Assembly (NCBI GenBank): GCA_965153285.1 | Contig: OZ229115.1 | Length of the DNA stretch: 64,000 bases | Reading direction: 5' to 3' (one strand) | Source: Podarcis tiliguerta | Lineage: Eukaryota | Shown here: positions 40,901 to 52,170 of the stretch, piece by piece | How the letters are laid out: the number at the start of each line of letters is the position of its first letter | Position numbering within the stretch: the stretch's first letter is position 1 | The notes under the pieces: model-generated | Told to the model about the DNA's origin: nothing | The model's database searches: none | Seen by the model: the letters and a program-made list of their open reading frames with translations, nothing else | Position numbers and translations under genes: made by a program

Positions 40901-43900
40901 TAGATGTGAATCCCATTAAGGGATTGATAATAAGGTTTTCCCCCCACTTTCCCCTCAGGCTGAGTTGACATTGGAGATAAGATTGCAGATTGCCTTGGAT
41001 GTGGTAGAAGGGATTCGATTTCTTCACAGCCAGGGGCTCGTTCACAGAGACATCAAACTTAAAAATGTATTGGTAAGGGACAGCTTTTTGCCTCGAGCAT
41101 CATTCTCTTTGCTAAAATGGAACAAGACATGAGTACATAAATAATGGCCTCGTTAAAACCATTCCTTGGAATTGTATCTCTGCTTTATAACTTCTTAAAA
41201 ATGTAAAAAGCACTTTTTTCAAAAGGGGGGCGGGGGGGGGGGGAAAGGCACGAGCAAAATTGATCGCTGCCATTGTGAAGCACAAAGCCTGTACTTTGCT
41301 GTATATAGAACACCGAAGGACAATGGTGCTGCCCAAAAAGACAGGCTCAAGTGCTGAACAAAAAACTCAATAATATCTAGGTTTTCATATGACTGGACCA
41401 ATTTCCTTATAAAGAAAAGACAACCATACCCGATCACAGCTAAACCCAGGGGAAAGATCAGAAACTGAGGCATATCTAAAGGGAGCTCAGCCAGAGTAAA
41501 ATTGACTGGAGTAACAAAGAGCTATCTTTTCTGATCCTTTGAATGATCAGAAGGCTAATATACCCTTCTTCTGTTCAGACTTTCATTTCCACAAGATGTG
41601 GTGATGGCAGTTAGTTTAGAGGACTACTTTTACACTGTTACCGTTTCATAAAGGATTAGGTGTATCTGTGGCCGTTAGCTAGGAATCTCCAGGCCAGCAT
41701 CAGGTAACACAAAATTATAAGAAAAAACAAAGTAAGGAATTGGTGATTATTTTTGTGCTCGGCTAGATAATGAACTTCAGCTTGGTTCAGCAAATACATT
41801 AATGATGTGCTAGCTGGGATTGTTTGTAGAAGACACTTGTACTACAGTGATGGCATGCTGGTCTCTTTTGATAAGTTTTGAGGCTTGGGTTTGAGTAGTT
41901 TGTATCCTTTACAGCTTGATAAAAACAGTAGAGCTAAAATCACAGACCTGGGATTCTGCAAACCTGAGGCAATGATGTCCGGCAGTATTGTTGGGACCCC
42001 TATCCATATGGCTCCTGAACTCTTCACAGGTAAACTTATCATAGATCTTCCTATGGACTGTTAGCCATGAAGAATTTGAGGTCTGTTCCCTTAAGATGAC
42101 AAAACTACATGTGTACAGTTAGAGGGATTCTTCTGCCAGGAAGTTTGGCAGATACATGCATGTATCCTCAGGGAGGGGAGGAGTATACTTTCAAGGAGAT
42201 ACGACACATTGAACTGTGTGGGTTATTACCAATGAAGAAACAGGTAGATGTTGGATTGCAGATCAAAATACCCTTAGATAAATTAATTCTTACCTTTGAA
42301 TCTCTCTTGTCCCAAATGAATGCTTTGATACTTCTGTCCTGTTAGAATTTTATTTTTGTTAAAGGATTAGCTATGCAGGGCCCTCTATTCTATAACCTGC
42401 CTCATTATGAAGACCCAGGGTGGATGTGGACAATCAACATAAACCCTTAGCAAGCCAGAGTAAAATAGCATCACTCTAAAAGACCGGCTCAAACCATGAA
42501 GCCCAAACAGCTCTTACAAAGCTTCCAAAAAGTGCTCACACTTGGACTTCAGCAAGTCTACCTGGAGGGGGAATTTTCCCTAATTTGGTGGGGATGGCCA
42601 CAGAGAATACCTCTTTGTGCTCATATGGTTGAACTGACACAAATGTAATAACTAAAGGTGCCCTTGGTATTGATCCTTGGTGGTTGTTATGGGGCACATG
42701 TAGGAAATGATTTAATTCAGTGCTAGCGATAGGATATCCCTTTCTCCTCTCCACAAACTGTGTAGCTAACTCCCACTGTATTGTGTAGCTGTATGGCGAG
42801 TGCCACACCCCTGAAGAACATCTTAATATTCTTCCCATATGAGTCCACAAGATCAGATGAGAAGGAACTGTCACTGTCATCAGGCTCCAGGATAAACATC
42901 AGAGCATCAAAGGCATGGTGGCGCCTGACTTGATCCAGTGGACTTGTGTGGGAAGAGCATTTGAGTGTGCTTTTGTCCCAAGCAGGAGCATTTAAGAGTA
43001 GTATCGTTGCCGAAAATAAAGTTGCTTTAACTAAGCTCTAAGTTGTGTTGGAGTCCCCAGTGACCCAGTGTCCTGCTATTTTCCTGACAACAATCTTATG
43101 CTTTCTAGTCTTCAACCAGTATCTCTTGCTCATCTGCCACAGGGAAATATGATAATTCTGTGGATGTATATGCATTTGGCATCTTGTTCTGGTACATCTG
43201 TTCGGGTCAAGTCAAGTTACCAGAGGCTTTTGAGAGATGTGCAAGCAAGGACCATCTTTGGAACAATGTACGAAGAGGTAGGCATAACACACAATGCAGT
43301 GTTGTGAAGGGATGGAGACTATATCTAAAGTTCCTAATCTAAATGACCGCATGTCACGATCTGCTCTCGTGGTGGAGCTTTGGGGTCTCTTTCTTCTGAC
43401 CACAGTCCTCTGTGCTGCCATACAAGCCAGCCCTTGAAACTCATGGCAGCTTCAGAAACCTCCTTCAGTGCTGTGCAACTGCTGTTCCTAAACAAGGCTG
43501 AAGAAGGCACAAAGAGCTCCAATGCAGTGTTTTTTATGTGAGTGAGCTGCTTTGTAGCAGACTTCCAACATTTGAAGCAATTTTGCATAGAGAAATTTGC
43601 TTTGACTAAATGCTTTTGGAGCAACTGTCCTAAGTGAATAAGCCATTTGACTAAATCTTTACACCCTCTGCATTTTCAGCAGAATCTAGATAAGGTAGTA
43701 CTGGAGTGCTCATGTCTTTGCATCTCCTGGTGCTGTTGTCTTCAGCAACTGAAAACTTGAAGCAGATAAGGTGGGCTGAGAGAAATGGGAGAATGAGCAG
43801 TTCCTTTAGTCTGTGGTTTCCAGGCTACTGTTGATAGCTTAGAACATATAAAAATTCTGGCTGCAGTCTTATGCACACTTACCTGGGAGTAAGCTGCACT

Positions 43901-45446
43901 GAACTTGGTGGGCGGTATCCAACTACATAGATCTGCTCTAGTGCACAGATTTTTTTCTTGCACAATGGAACTTCCCGTCCTTCAATCTGCTCCGGAGGGT
44001 TGGAGAGGAACCCAGAACAGAGTTATGGAGGCAAAGTTCCTTTGCACAGCCCAAAGTCCTTGCACTAGTGGATCTTTTCAGTTTAAAACTGCCCAGGAAG
44101 ACTTGCTTCTGAGTAAACATACCTAGAATTGCACTGCAAAGCATAGCGTGTGTGATTTAAGGAAGGTCCTGTAACATAAAGAGTACCTTTGTTTAGAACT
44201 AACTGTCCCAAGAGTCTATAAGTTGCTATGAGGGCTATGACAGAAATATAGGCCAGGTACGAATGAGAACACTTAATTTCATCTGCTGTTCCAGATGTTG
44301 ACAGAGAACCAGGATTTCAACTCTTGGTATTATGTTCGTATAGAAATGAGACATCTAAAGATCTTCAAACTAGATATAATCAGTACTTTCTTGGAACAAG
44401 GCAACAGCAATCTAATTCTTTCAAAAACATGCATGCATGACTAATAGTTTTCTTTTAAAAAACAACAACAACCACCCAGCAATATCTTAAATCCCCTTAA
44501 AGTGTTTGAGAATTTGCAGTGCTTGGAGTGTTGGGAATCTCTGTGAACATGCTTCATTCTTTGGACAGTGGGCTCTATTAGTTGCTACCTAAATTAGTGG
44601 GGCCTCCTGCATAGTTCCTTTTGTTATTAAAATGTACCCTTCATGCCTATTTTCAAGCTTCCCCAAACACGACCTCCCAATATGAAGTTCATACTTGAAA
44701 CATTTGAAAGCTTCCCAAGCTTCCCTGTCTTATGGATAATGGTAGTTGTGGAAATTACAGTTCGTAGTATCTCATGAAAAAACGGGACTAGCACCTGTAG
44801 TACAACTAAGCAGTGCAATTCTATACATGTCTCCTCAGTTCAATAGGATTTGCTCCCAAGTAAGTGTGCTTGGGGCTGCAGCCTTGACGTGTTTCGAAGT
44901 GTTAATTTTTAGGTTTCAGAACTGTTACAACATATGAAAAATGGCTTATAAGTGGTCAACTCATGTGAACAGTGTAATGCTGGCAACACTTTCGTGGTCA
45001 CAACAGCAGTTTCCATGAGTAAGGTGCCATACCTTCCCAGTGCACCCTACTTTGTGTAGGTCAGTATTTATACATATTAATAATGTGTGTATTGACTCAG
45101 AGCCTTGTCCATAATTGGAAGCTTACGTCTGGTTTCTTTCCAGATGGCCCAGGTAATCAGCTTATGCCTCTGACCAGTGTAATTAAAGCTGAAGTACCAA
45201 AGATCAAATGAATTATTTTCCCTTTCAGTCAATTAACCATGTTCTCCTTTTTGTCCAGGAGTACGCCCTGAACGCCTTCGTATTTTTGATGAGGAATGCT
45301 GGCAGCTGATGGAAGCCTGTTGGGATGGAGACCCTTCTCAGCGCCCACTCCTGGGCATTGTCCAGCCCACGTTGCAGAACATAATGGACAGGCTTTGCGG
45401 GTCAAACTCAGCACCGTTGAATAAAGGATTAGATGACTCTACTTGA
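11925..45446 (+). CDS. DSTYK: Dual serine/threonine and tyrosine protein kinase (Dusty/RIPK5), 13 coding exons, 940 aa
   Basis: join(11925-12225,23814-24202,34430-35093,35829-36064,36367-36450,37194-37370,38597-38726,38956-39112,39661-39793,40959-41072,41915-42029,43143-43277,45259-45446) = 2823 nt, in frame; matches human DSTYK ([36 protein letters not shown]-terminal GLDDST). Confidence 0.97.
12637..12855. mobile_element. Palindromic Harbinger-like MITE
   Basis: TAA|GGCCACATCC start; inverted arms TTTATACCACTTTA / TAAAGTGGTATAAA. Confidence 0.6.
14206..14358. mobile_element. hAT Blackjack-like MITE remnant
   Basis: TAGGGTTGC / GGCAACCCT termini; internal CCATACATCTGGA / TCCGGATGTATGG. Confidence 0.5.
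14725..15660 (-). mobile_element. CR1 LINE fragment with degenerate reverse transcriptase
   Basis: ORF 15000-15269(-) encodes [31 protein letters not shown] (CR1 RT motifs); CR1 3' sequence near 14730. Confidence 0.9.
16781..17040. mobile_element. Tc1/mariner-type MITE
   Basis: TA TSD; TIR CCATATTTTTCGCTCTATAAGAC / GTCTTATAGAGCAAAAAATACAG; central ~25-bp inverted repeat. Confidence 0.85.
22283..22417. mobile_element. Diverged copy of the palindromic hAT MITE family (as 4145-4279)
   Basis: CAGGCATGGGGAACCTT...AAGGTTTCCCACA; TCCCATCAGCCC core. Confidence 0.55.
22748..23081 (-). mobile_element. Sauria SINE with internal deletion
   Basis: AAAGGTAAAGGACCCCTGACAG tail to GCCACCCGCG head; lacks the GGTACCTATTTATCTAC segment. 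Confidence 0.9.
23814..24202 (+). CDS. DSTYK: DSTYK coding exon 2
   Basis: [31 protein letters not shown]; AG/GT sites. Confidence 0.96.
24950..25176. mobile_element. Non-autonomous hAT-Charlie-like element
   Basis: CAGGGGTCAGCAA / TTGCCAACCCCTG TIRs; 8-bp TSD TTCTAAAA / TTTTAAAA. Confidence 0.85.
29447..29599. mobile_element. hAT (Tip100-like) MITE
   Basis: Perfect 8-bp TSD CTTAAGAC (29439-29446, 29600-29607); imperfect TIR TAGGCCCGTGCAGAG / CTCTGTGTGGGCTTG. Confidence 0.75.
30322..30561. mobile_element. Tc1/mariner (Tigger-like) MITE
   Basis: TA TSD; TIR CAGTGGTACCTCGGGTTA / TAACCCAAGGTACCACTG; second copy in opposite orientation at 53414-53656. Confidence 0.9.
31361..31926 (+). mobile_element. 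5'-truncated L2 LINE (ORF2 C-terminus, 3' UTR, (TTA)n tail)
   Basis: Encodes [34 protein letters not shown]; ends GTAAGCCGC..GGCGGGGTATAAA(ATT)n. Confidence 0.9.
33706..33889. mobile_element. Old hAT-Charlie-like element
   Basis: CAGTAGTTCCC / GGGAACCACT termini within TTCTAG target-like flanks. Confidence 0.6.
34430..35093 (+). CDS. DSTYK: DSTYK coding exon 3
   Basis: [14 protein letters not shown]; ORF 34433-35122. Confidence 0.97.
35829..36064 (+). CDS. DSTYK: DSTYK coding exon 4
   Basis: [16 protein letters not shown]. Confidence 0.96.
36367..36450 (+). CDS. DSTYK: DSTYK coding exon 5
   Basis: [28 protein letters not shown]. Confidence 0.95.
37194..37370 (+). CDS. DSTYK: DSTYK coding exon 6
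   Basis: [20 protein letters not shown]. Confidence 0.96.
37891..37966 (+). mobile_element. tRNA-Lys(CTT)-derived SINE head (not a functional tRNA)
   Basis: TAGCTCCGTTGGTAGAACACGAGACTCTTAATCTCAGGGTTGTGAGTTCAAGCCCCACGTTGGGC is close to tRNA-Lys-CTT, but the acceptor stem does not pair. Confidence 0.8.
38351..38434 (+). mobile_element. CR1-derived 3' tail of a tRNA-Lys SINE
   Basis: GGGTTGGACTAGATG..GGTCCCTTCC..ATTCTGTGATTCTAT, the CR1 terminal octamer repeat. Confidence 0.8.
38597..38726 (+). CDS. DSTYK: DSTYK coding exon 7
   Basis: [22 protein letters not shown]. Confidence 0.96.
38956..39112 (+). CDS. DSTYK: DSTYK coding exon 8 (kinase G-loop, ALK)
   Basis: [43 protein letters not shown]. 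Confidence 0.97.
39661..39793 (+). CDS. DSTYK: DSTYK coding exon 9
   Basis: [21 protein letters not shown]. Confidence 0.97.
40959..41072 (+). CDS. DSTYK: DSTYK coding exon 10 (catalytic loop)
   Basis: [38 protein letters not shown]. Confidence 0.97.
41915..42029 (+). CDS. DSTYK: DSTYK coding exon 11 (activation segment)
   Basis: [38 protein letters not shown]. Confidence 0.97.
43143..43277 (+). CDS. DSTYK: DSTYK coding exon 12
   Basis: [25 protein letters not shown]. Confidence 0.97.
43859..44137. mobile_element. Nested MITEs: short palindromic MITE interrupted by a second inverted-repeat element (~43911-44093)
   Basis: Outer halves GGCTGCAGTCTTATGCACACTTACCTGGGAGTAAG.. / ..CTTGCTTCTGAGTAAACATACCTAGAATTGCACTG match uninterrupted copies near 35510 and 44810; inner arms CTAGTGCA / TGCACTAG. 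Confidence 0.6.
45259..45446 (+). CDS. DSTYK: DSTYK coding exon 13 (last)
   Basis: [32 protein letters not shown]-stop (TGA 45444-45446). Confidence 0.97.
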
Positions 45447-48400
45447 AAAACAAGCCATGGAGGAACTGTTCTATTATGTGAGAATGCCGGCCCCCACTTT
45501 GGCGTGGGCAGCTCAAGAGGGTAGCTTTTCTGAAGAGAGACTGGCCAGAAATGGGGCGCTTGGGTGAGACGATACCGAAATTCCACCTCATATAGCAGCC
45601 AGGGACATTCATCCCCAATACACTACTAATGCAAGTTGCTAGTGCTTCCCTCTTCCCTTAAAAAGCAAGAAAGATGGGAAATTCAGGCCTTGCTGTCTGG
45701 AAAGGATTTTGCTTATCCCCTTCAGATTCCAGTAAAAGGAAGAAAGCACTGTATGTTTCGTAACGGGGGCAGCCAGCACATCTGCATCCCTAGCTACAGT
45801 CTGCTATGTGTCTGCAAGGGCTCCCTTGAAGGTCACACACATGAATGTGGATTATTGGAAGACATAAAGTAGTATCTCTTTCATAGGATGGGTTTTCCAG
45901 CTATTCTTAGCGTGGTTTCTGAGGGGTGTTAAGCTAATAGAAACTTCATAGTACTTGGTATGTTTACATGGAAGGATCAAAGCATCCATTCTCTTGAGGG
46001 GAAGGCCACACTGCAATGGAAATGCCCTTTAAAAAAAGTATAAGCTACCTGTGCTTTATCTTGTGAACCAAGCTCTTTTTGGTAAACGCTTAGTAGCAAT
46101 TTTTGCAACATCTGATTAAAGATGGCCTTTTTATTTTTATTTTTACAATCTTACAGCAAGATGGGTACTCCACCAAAAAAGACTCTGCACATACAGAAAT
46201 TGAAACATAATTGCTTGCAACTAACTACGGCCTGTACCCAGTGGACAACTAGCAGGCCATGTTTTTAACTACAGCAGCTTTCTTGTTTTGAACCCAAGTA
46301 AAAAGGCAGTGACTGTTTTAAACTAATTATTGACAGGCATTTTAAAATATTTCTTCAGCTACTTTTTTTAAGCCATTCCCTTGGAGAATACCTAAGAGAG
46401 ACCCAACATCATTCCATAGATGTGCATGATTGCTATTTCTGACCATTTCCTTCTTTAGGGTTTGTTGTTTGGCTGTGTTAGACTATGTTAATTTAGGAAT
46501 CCATTGCAGGGAGCACATGGGGAGGACAGTCCAGAGTCCTGCAAAATGAAGGGCTCTTTCTCATGTACTTGACGCACCCCGAGAGAAAGATTTGTTTGCA
46601 TTTGTTTGTGCAAGACTTAGTTTCTTAGTACAACAATGTTTTGAGGAGAGGTGTAGGATGAGCTGGAGAATGCAACTGGCGTAAGGTCAAAGTTTTTCTC
46701 CCGTGTGGAGAATGAAGGGTGAAACCTTATTCTCCTTCTTCCACACAATGAGGCATGCACTGATTTCATCGTCATAGGATAATTGAGTGTGCGCTATACA
46801 AAGCCAATCAAACATGCAACATGCAGTCCATTGCTTCTGTTGCACAAAGCAGAATTACAGCCTCTTGCCTGTTTACATAAACTACCAGAGACAAAAGTGA
46901 CCTTGCAATGTTACTGGCCCAGCCTAGATGAACCCTTCCTGTGTGCAATAAAATTGAAACTGTGCTTTTAAAATGATTGCTTTTTACTTAATGGGCATTC
47001 ATTGCTATGTGGTGATCAAAACTGTATTCACACTTCTGTCCACAAATTGTAGCATCTGGCAACTTGAATGGGCAGCGACAGTTGCCAACCATGCTCACAA
47101 AAAAGCACATATATTCTCAAATAGATATTAGAAATGTCACTTACGTACTAGCTAGGCCACTGTTCCAGTCATTTGACAGTATTACTCATTTCATACCCGT
47201 TTACTCTGTGCTACAGTGGCTAGTGACCTTGTTTAGAGTTAGGAGGGTCTAGGTCAGTATTTTTGGAAGTATATAGTTTATGTAAAATTAAAATGAATAA
47301 AACTATTTGAAAACGGCTTGTATAGCTTTTCCCAAACAGCCACTTCCTTATTCTATAATACCCTGTGCCTTTTTGAAAACTTGAGTTAAAGTATTCTATC
47401 AAATTCCACTAGGACTGTCTTCCCCATGGACACCTCTGGCTCAGTAGACCTTTCCCAATGTACAACCATGCATGTGCTCCTTTGTTAGGCATAAATTTTA
47501 ATTATTCTGAGCAGCTCTGAATCAGATTTCACAGGCCCCCTGACATGCCTCACAAGAGGGAAGAGATGGGTTTTGTGTCATCTAAAGATCTTCTAGTTAA
47601 AGCACATTTGACTTCGATTAAAACATACACCCTCGTTCATATTTGGCAATGCTGTATGCTTTCTCTACGTTACTACCACCCTTGTGGCCCAAGAAGCATG
47701 TATTTTGAACACACTAAAATTTTTCATAGCTGTTTCAATAGAAGCAAACAGATGCCACTACCAGGTATTATGGTAGGGGGTAATGGTGGCTATCTGTGTA
47801 TTCAGGCCAGCCGTGAGTGCAGAGCATCTATCACTGCGATCCCACTCCAGTTACTTGACAAAAAGCATTAAACTGAAGATCTGTTAGAAGCAACTCCTGG
47901 TTGTTGTTGTTTTAAAAATAAAGTTATTGTTGTGCTCACGTACAACTATCTTATGCACTGCAAAATACCTCTTCTCTCCCCACCTGCCTCTTAAGTTAAT
48001 TTCATTACCCACTTTCTTCTGTAGCCAAAAGGAAACTTTGTTTACTAAACTGTATTATGCAACGTTTACAGGTTGCCACTGACTGGATGGCTAAAGCAGG
48101 TGCTCCAAAAAAGAGGTTTCTTTAGAGTTGGAAACATGATAAATCAAACTAGTTTACAAAAACAAGCATACTTACAGAAAGCAGAGTTGGAGGAATCCAT
48201 AGTGGTGCTAGTAGCTCATGGTTCAAAGATGGAGCTATTCAAAGCTGACCAATTGCTAGGCTACTTATTTCTGCTCTGGATATTGTGGCCAATTTAGGCT
48301 CTGGATACGAACACTACATAGGATTCACATGAGTGAAAGCAAGGCTTGAATGCAATGTCACATTGCCATGTTGCGATGCTGGAGTGTTGCCCTCAGCTTG

Positions 48401-48980
48401 CTAGTGCATTGCTGCTGTCTATCACATTGCTGTCTAGTGCAGTGGATTATGGGAGCTTTTGTTTGGCAACTGACCATTTTTGTGTGCGTTTCCTCCATCT
48501 GTAGTACTTCTAGTGATTTGAATATACAATGCAAGCCCTTCTAGCTTGTTGAATTCAAGTGCAAGCTATTCTATTTATCTTTTTTTAGCACTTTTGTGTT
48601 CATCCTTCTCTCAGCCCCTTCCCTCCTGGATAGTATTTGGAGGCTCAGAAGCTGCTTGAATGTAGGCTCTTGTAGGGTGACTGTCATTAATGGAAGGACC
48701 ATCAGTACTGGAACCAATCTAATGTGGTTCTCTGTTGAGCTTTCACTTTTAGAGATGTACATAATGCCTTCTCTGTATCTACTGGTCTCCTGGCCAGTTG
48801 TCCTCGCTTTGTTATTTTTTAAATTTTTAATACTATGATTTTTCCCCCTCCAGGGAGAGAATAAGAGCACAGCAGCATTTAAAACTCCCTCAGGGGCTTA
48901 AATAGCACTGTATTTCTTGAACTTCTAATGCTTCCCTTTGTTTTGGTTCTATTAAACTGATGGTCAACTGTTACAACTTG
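45447..48980 (+). other. DSTYK: Probable long DSTYK 3' UTR with several candidate poly(A) signals
   Basis: Repeat-poor, AT-rich; AATAAA at 46947 and 47917, ATTAAA at 48951. The true end cannot be determined from sequence alone. Confidence 0.45.
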
Positions 48981-49787
48981 GCTATTGGGGGGAGGTAGAA
49001 ACCTGAGTTAAGAGTTGTACAGTTCCAATGTAATGCCTATAGATTTTTTTGTACTACTTTTATTTTTTAAAAAACTTATGTATATTAGTGTTAAAGGCAA
49101 AGGTAACAAACTTACCAACTGTATAGGAAAAGTGCAATAACATGGAAAATGACATGATTGAGAAAAATATTTCCCTTGTATTCTGTAATACTAATTTACT
49201 CTCCACTGCAGCCCCTTCCCCCATTACGTGTATTTTAAGAGACGTGACTGTGGGTCAATACTTCATTTAGTGCTATAATGAAAGTCTGTTTTAATAGAGA
49301 GTAGAATGCACAGAAGTGCTGTCCTGTATAATAAAGGTTGCATTAACATTTTTTTGCTGCTGCTTGTGTGGTTTTACTTTTCCAATAATTGTTCCAGAGA
49401 CTTTGCTGAGTTTCGAATCTGTCACACCACCACCTGGGGAGGGGTAGCAATAATACCTGATAATAAACTGATCAAGTGGATATTGAGCCACCAGGGTGTG
49501 GGCTTGTGTTGATGAAACTACAGCAGTACATGCTCTTTGGCAATGGGGATGAATGGATGTCCTTGTGGGTACTGAACTGCATTACAAAATTCATCACTTA
49601 TTTGGGGATGTGCCTGTACTGCCCCTAGGATAGTATACACAGTAATAATCCCAATTCCTGTTGGAATAATTTCCACCTAATCTTTCTCTTCACCATACTA
49701 TATTGCAGCCTTGCTTGATAAAATGCAATCTGTTTTTGCTGATTACTACTCTGAAGGTGGCACGTTGGCAATCATTGATGTCAAAAT

Positions 49788-49866
49788 CCTGTGGCACCTT
49801 AAAGCTGGCAAATTTTATTCTGGCATAATAAATTTCAATGGATTAAGAGCTCATTTAATCAGATAA
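49788..49866 (-). mobile_element. Penelope-like retroelement terminal fragment with decayed minimal hammerhead
   Basis: TGTGGCACCTTAAAG..AATTTTATT.TGGCATAA..TTTC..TAATCAGA matches the recalled squamate Penelope end; related fragments at ~10520-10620, 20358-20390, 50945-51002, 52168-52265. Confidence 0.55.
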
Positions 49867-51109
49867 TCTTATTATGATGGAATGAAATGGGTTAGTCTTT
49901 GTAATTTTGATAGCCTGTTTTGGGTCTACTCACAAGGTCCATTCAAAGCCATTTGTCCCATAGTCATTGCCTCTTATATTCTACCATAGGCATCTTCAAG
50001 GTGGCCTAGGATTTTAGAGGATTAGTTTGGAAGAGATTTCTATTTTACTACTGCATTAAGTAATATCTGGCATTAGAAAAATATAAGGCTGCCACAATTT
50101 CTTACTATAGTATATAAAAAAACTGCCTGCTTGTAATTCTGGATATTCAAAAAAGCAAAAGCAAAGAGCTTTTAAAGCAAAAGAGCAAATAAAAAAGCAA
50201 AGAGCAAATAAAATTGAGAGAAGTTATACACAGAACTGTAATACGGGAACAAAAATGCTCCTGTCATGTTCACCTCTATTGTAAAGGTTCCCCAAACATC
50301 TCTTCTAAACGAATAAAACTTAATAAGCCATGTACTGACATATCCTAATCCAGAGTTGCCTTGCTCTTCAGCAGCTCTTGACAAAGTGCCAGTTTTACAA
50401 ATTTAATCAATCTCTTTGTAAATGCAACAGCTCTTGAAATTAGATGGGAAAAAAGGCACTTCCTCTTGGCTGCTCTAGGCAGCCATGTTCCTTAACATGA
50501 ATTCCTTTAACTGTTTCTATAAAGGTTTAACATCCTGGATTTAGATGGCAAATGAGACTTGATAGATGACTCCTCCCAATTACTTTTGCTGCCAGAGGGT
50601 ACAACTTGGGGCATTTGGGATGTGTAAGAAGACAGAAGGACTTAAAACATTTGAGGCTAAATTAACCCTTGCCTGCTCTGTTTTCTTTCCCACCCTCCCA
50701 CCCACAGTTTTCAAGGTTATTTTTTCTCTGCCAGGCTGCAGCATTAGGAGTACCCATGGGAAGGAGGGTATCCTGTGTACTATGCTCCCCTTCTGCCTTT
50801 GACATCCAGGTCTGCTGCTATTCCATCTAATTTATCCCTAAGGAATAATTAAAAACTACAGCAGGTGTGCTAAAAAAACAATGTGCTGGTTAGAGTTAGT
50901 CTAATGCATATAGTAAAGGCTAATAGCTAATCATGGAGGCCAGACACATCTGTCCATGAAAGCTTGTGCTATAATAAAATACAATTAAGTGGGTACAAGA
51001 TCTTTTGTCAGTGTGTGGTTGCTGGATTAGAATTTATTGAAGATGTGGTTGCATTCTAGGCTTGAATAAGGACAGTTCCCCCTTCTATTACACATCATTC
51101 CTTACTGTA

Positions 51110-51475
51110 GGGATGTGGGTGGTGCTGTGGTCTAAACCACTGAGCATCTTCGGCTTGCCAATTGGAAGGTCAGCGGTTCAAATCTGCACCATGGGGTGAG
51201 CTCCTGTTGCTCTGTCTCTGCTCCTGCCAACCAAGCAGTTCAAAAGCACACCAGTGTAAGTAGATAAATAGGTACTGCTGCGGCGGGAAGGTGAACACCA
51301 TTTCTGTGCACTCTGGTTTCCGTCACGGTGTTCTGTTGCACCAGAAGCGTTTCTCATGCTGGTCACACGACCCGGAAAACCGGACAAACACCAGCTCCCT
51401 CGGCCTGAAAGCAAGATGAGTGCTGCACGCCACAGTTGCCTTTGGCTGGACATCCAGGAGTCCTATACCTTACCT
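51110..51475 (+). mobile_element. Sauria SINE, full length
   Basis: GGGATGTGGGTGGTGCTGTGG head, GTAGATAAATAGGTAC core, ACCTT tail; perfect 12-bp TSD ATTCCTTACTGT (51097-51108, 51476-51487). Confidence 0.92.
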
Positions 51476-51974
51476 ATTCCTTACTGTCACTACTGTGAAT
51501 GATCCTTAGGGCTAAACTTAGGGCTAAATTGTTCATGCTTAAACTGGATATTTTCCGTCTGAAGAAAAAGTCAGAGCACCATAATCTAAAAAGAGCTCCT
51601 GATTTGAATGGTGGACCTACACCAGTTTCCTCCTGGAAATCCCCACCCACAGCTGCTATTTCCTTCCAGGGATTTTCACAAGGAAACTGGCGCAGAGCCC
51701 CCATCTACATTGGGAGCATGTTCTGGACTGGGGCCCTGTGACTGCCCCCCCCCCCGGAAAATGGTGATGAATTTAAGTATGCTTTTTCAATAGTACAAAT
51801 TGCATAACGTGTAGTCTGGCCCTTAACTAAATTGCTATAGGTTGTACTTTATGCATTTCATGACCATTTGATCCCCCCCCCCTTTTTTTTTTTTTTACTC
51901 TCCAACACCCATCCAGATGTATGTACATAATATGCCAACTAATGTTACAGTTTCATGGGTTTGATAATATGTAT

Positions 51975-52170
51975 GGGGAGGTGCTGTAGCTCAGTGGGAG
52001 AGCACATGATTTGTATGAAAAAGGCCCCAGGTTCAATCTTTAGTATCTCCATGTAGAGCTAAGAAAGACACTCATTTGAAATCCTAGACGGCTGCTGCCA
52101 GTCAGGGTAGACAATACTGGGCTAGATGGACCAGTGACCAAGCTCCATAAAAGCAGTTTCCTATGTGCTA
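51975..52170 (+). mobile_element. tRNA-derived SINE (Squam3-like)
   Basis: A box TAGCTCAGTGG, B box GGTTCAATC, body GCTGCTGCCAGTCAG.GTAGACAATACTG.GCTAGATGGACC, tail TTCCTATGT. Confidence 0.8.

Noticed and set aside
41930-41965. DLG instead of DFG in the kinase as a lizard novelty or pseudokinase sign
   Set aside because: DLG is the normal DSTYK family motif; catalytic Lys, HRD and Asp are intact.
51507-51528. TTAGGG pair as an interstitial telomere
   Set aside because: Only a 12-bp tandem duplication (TTAGGGCTAAAC), not a telomeric array.
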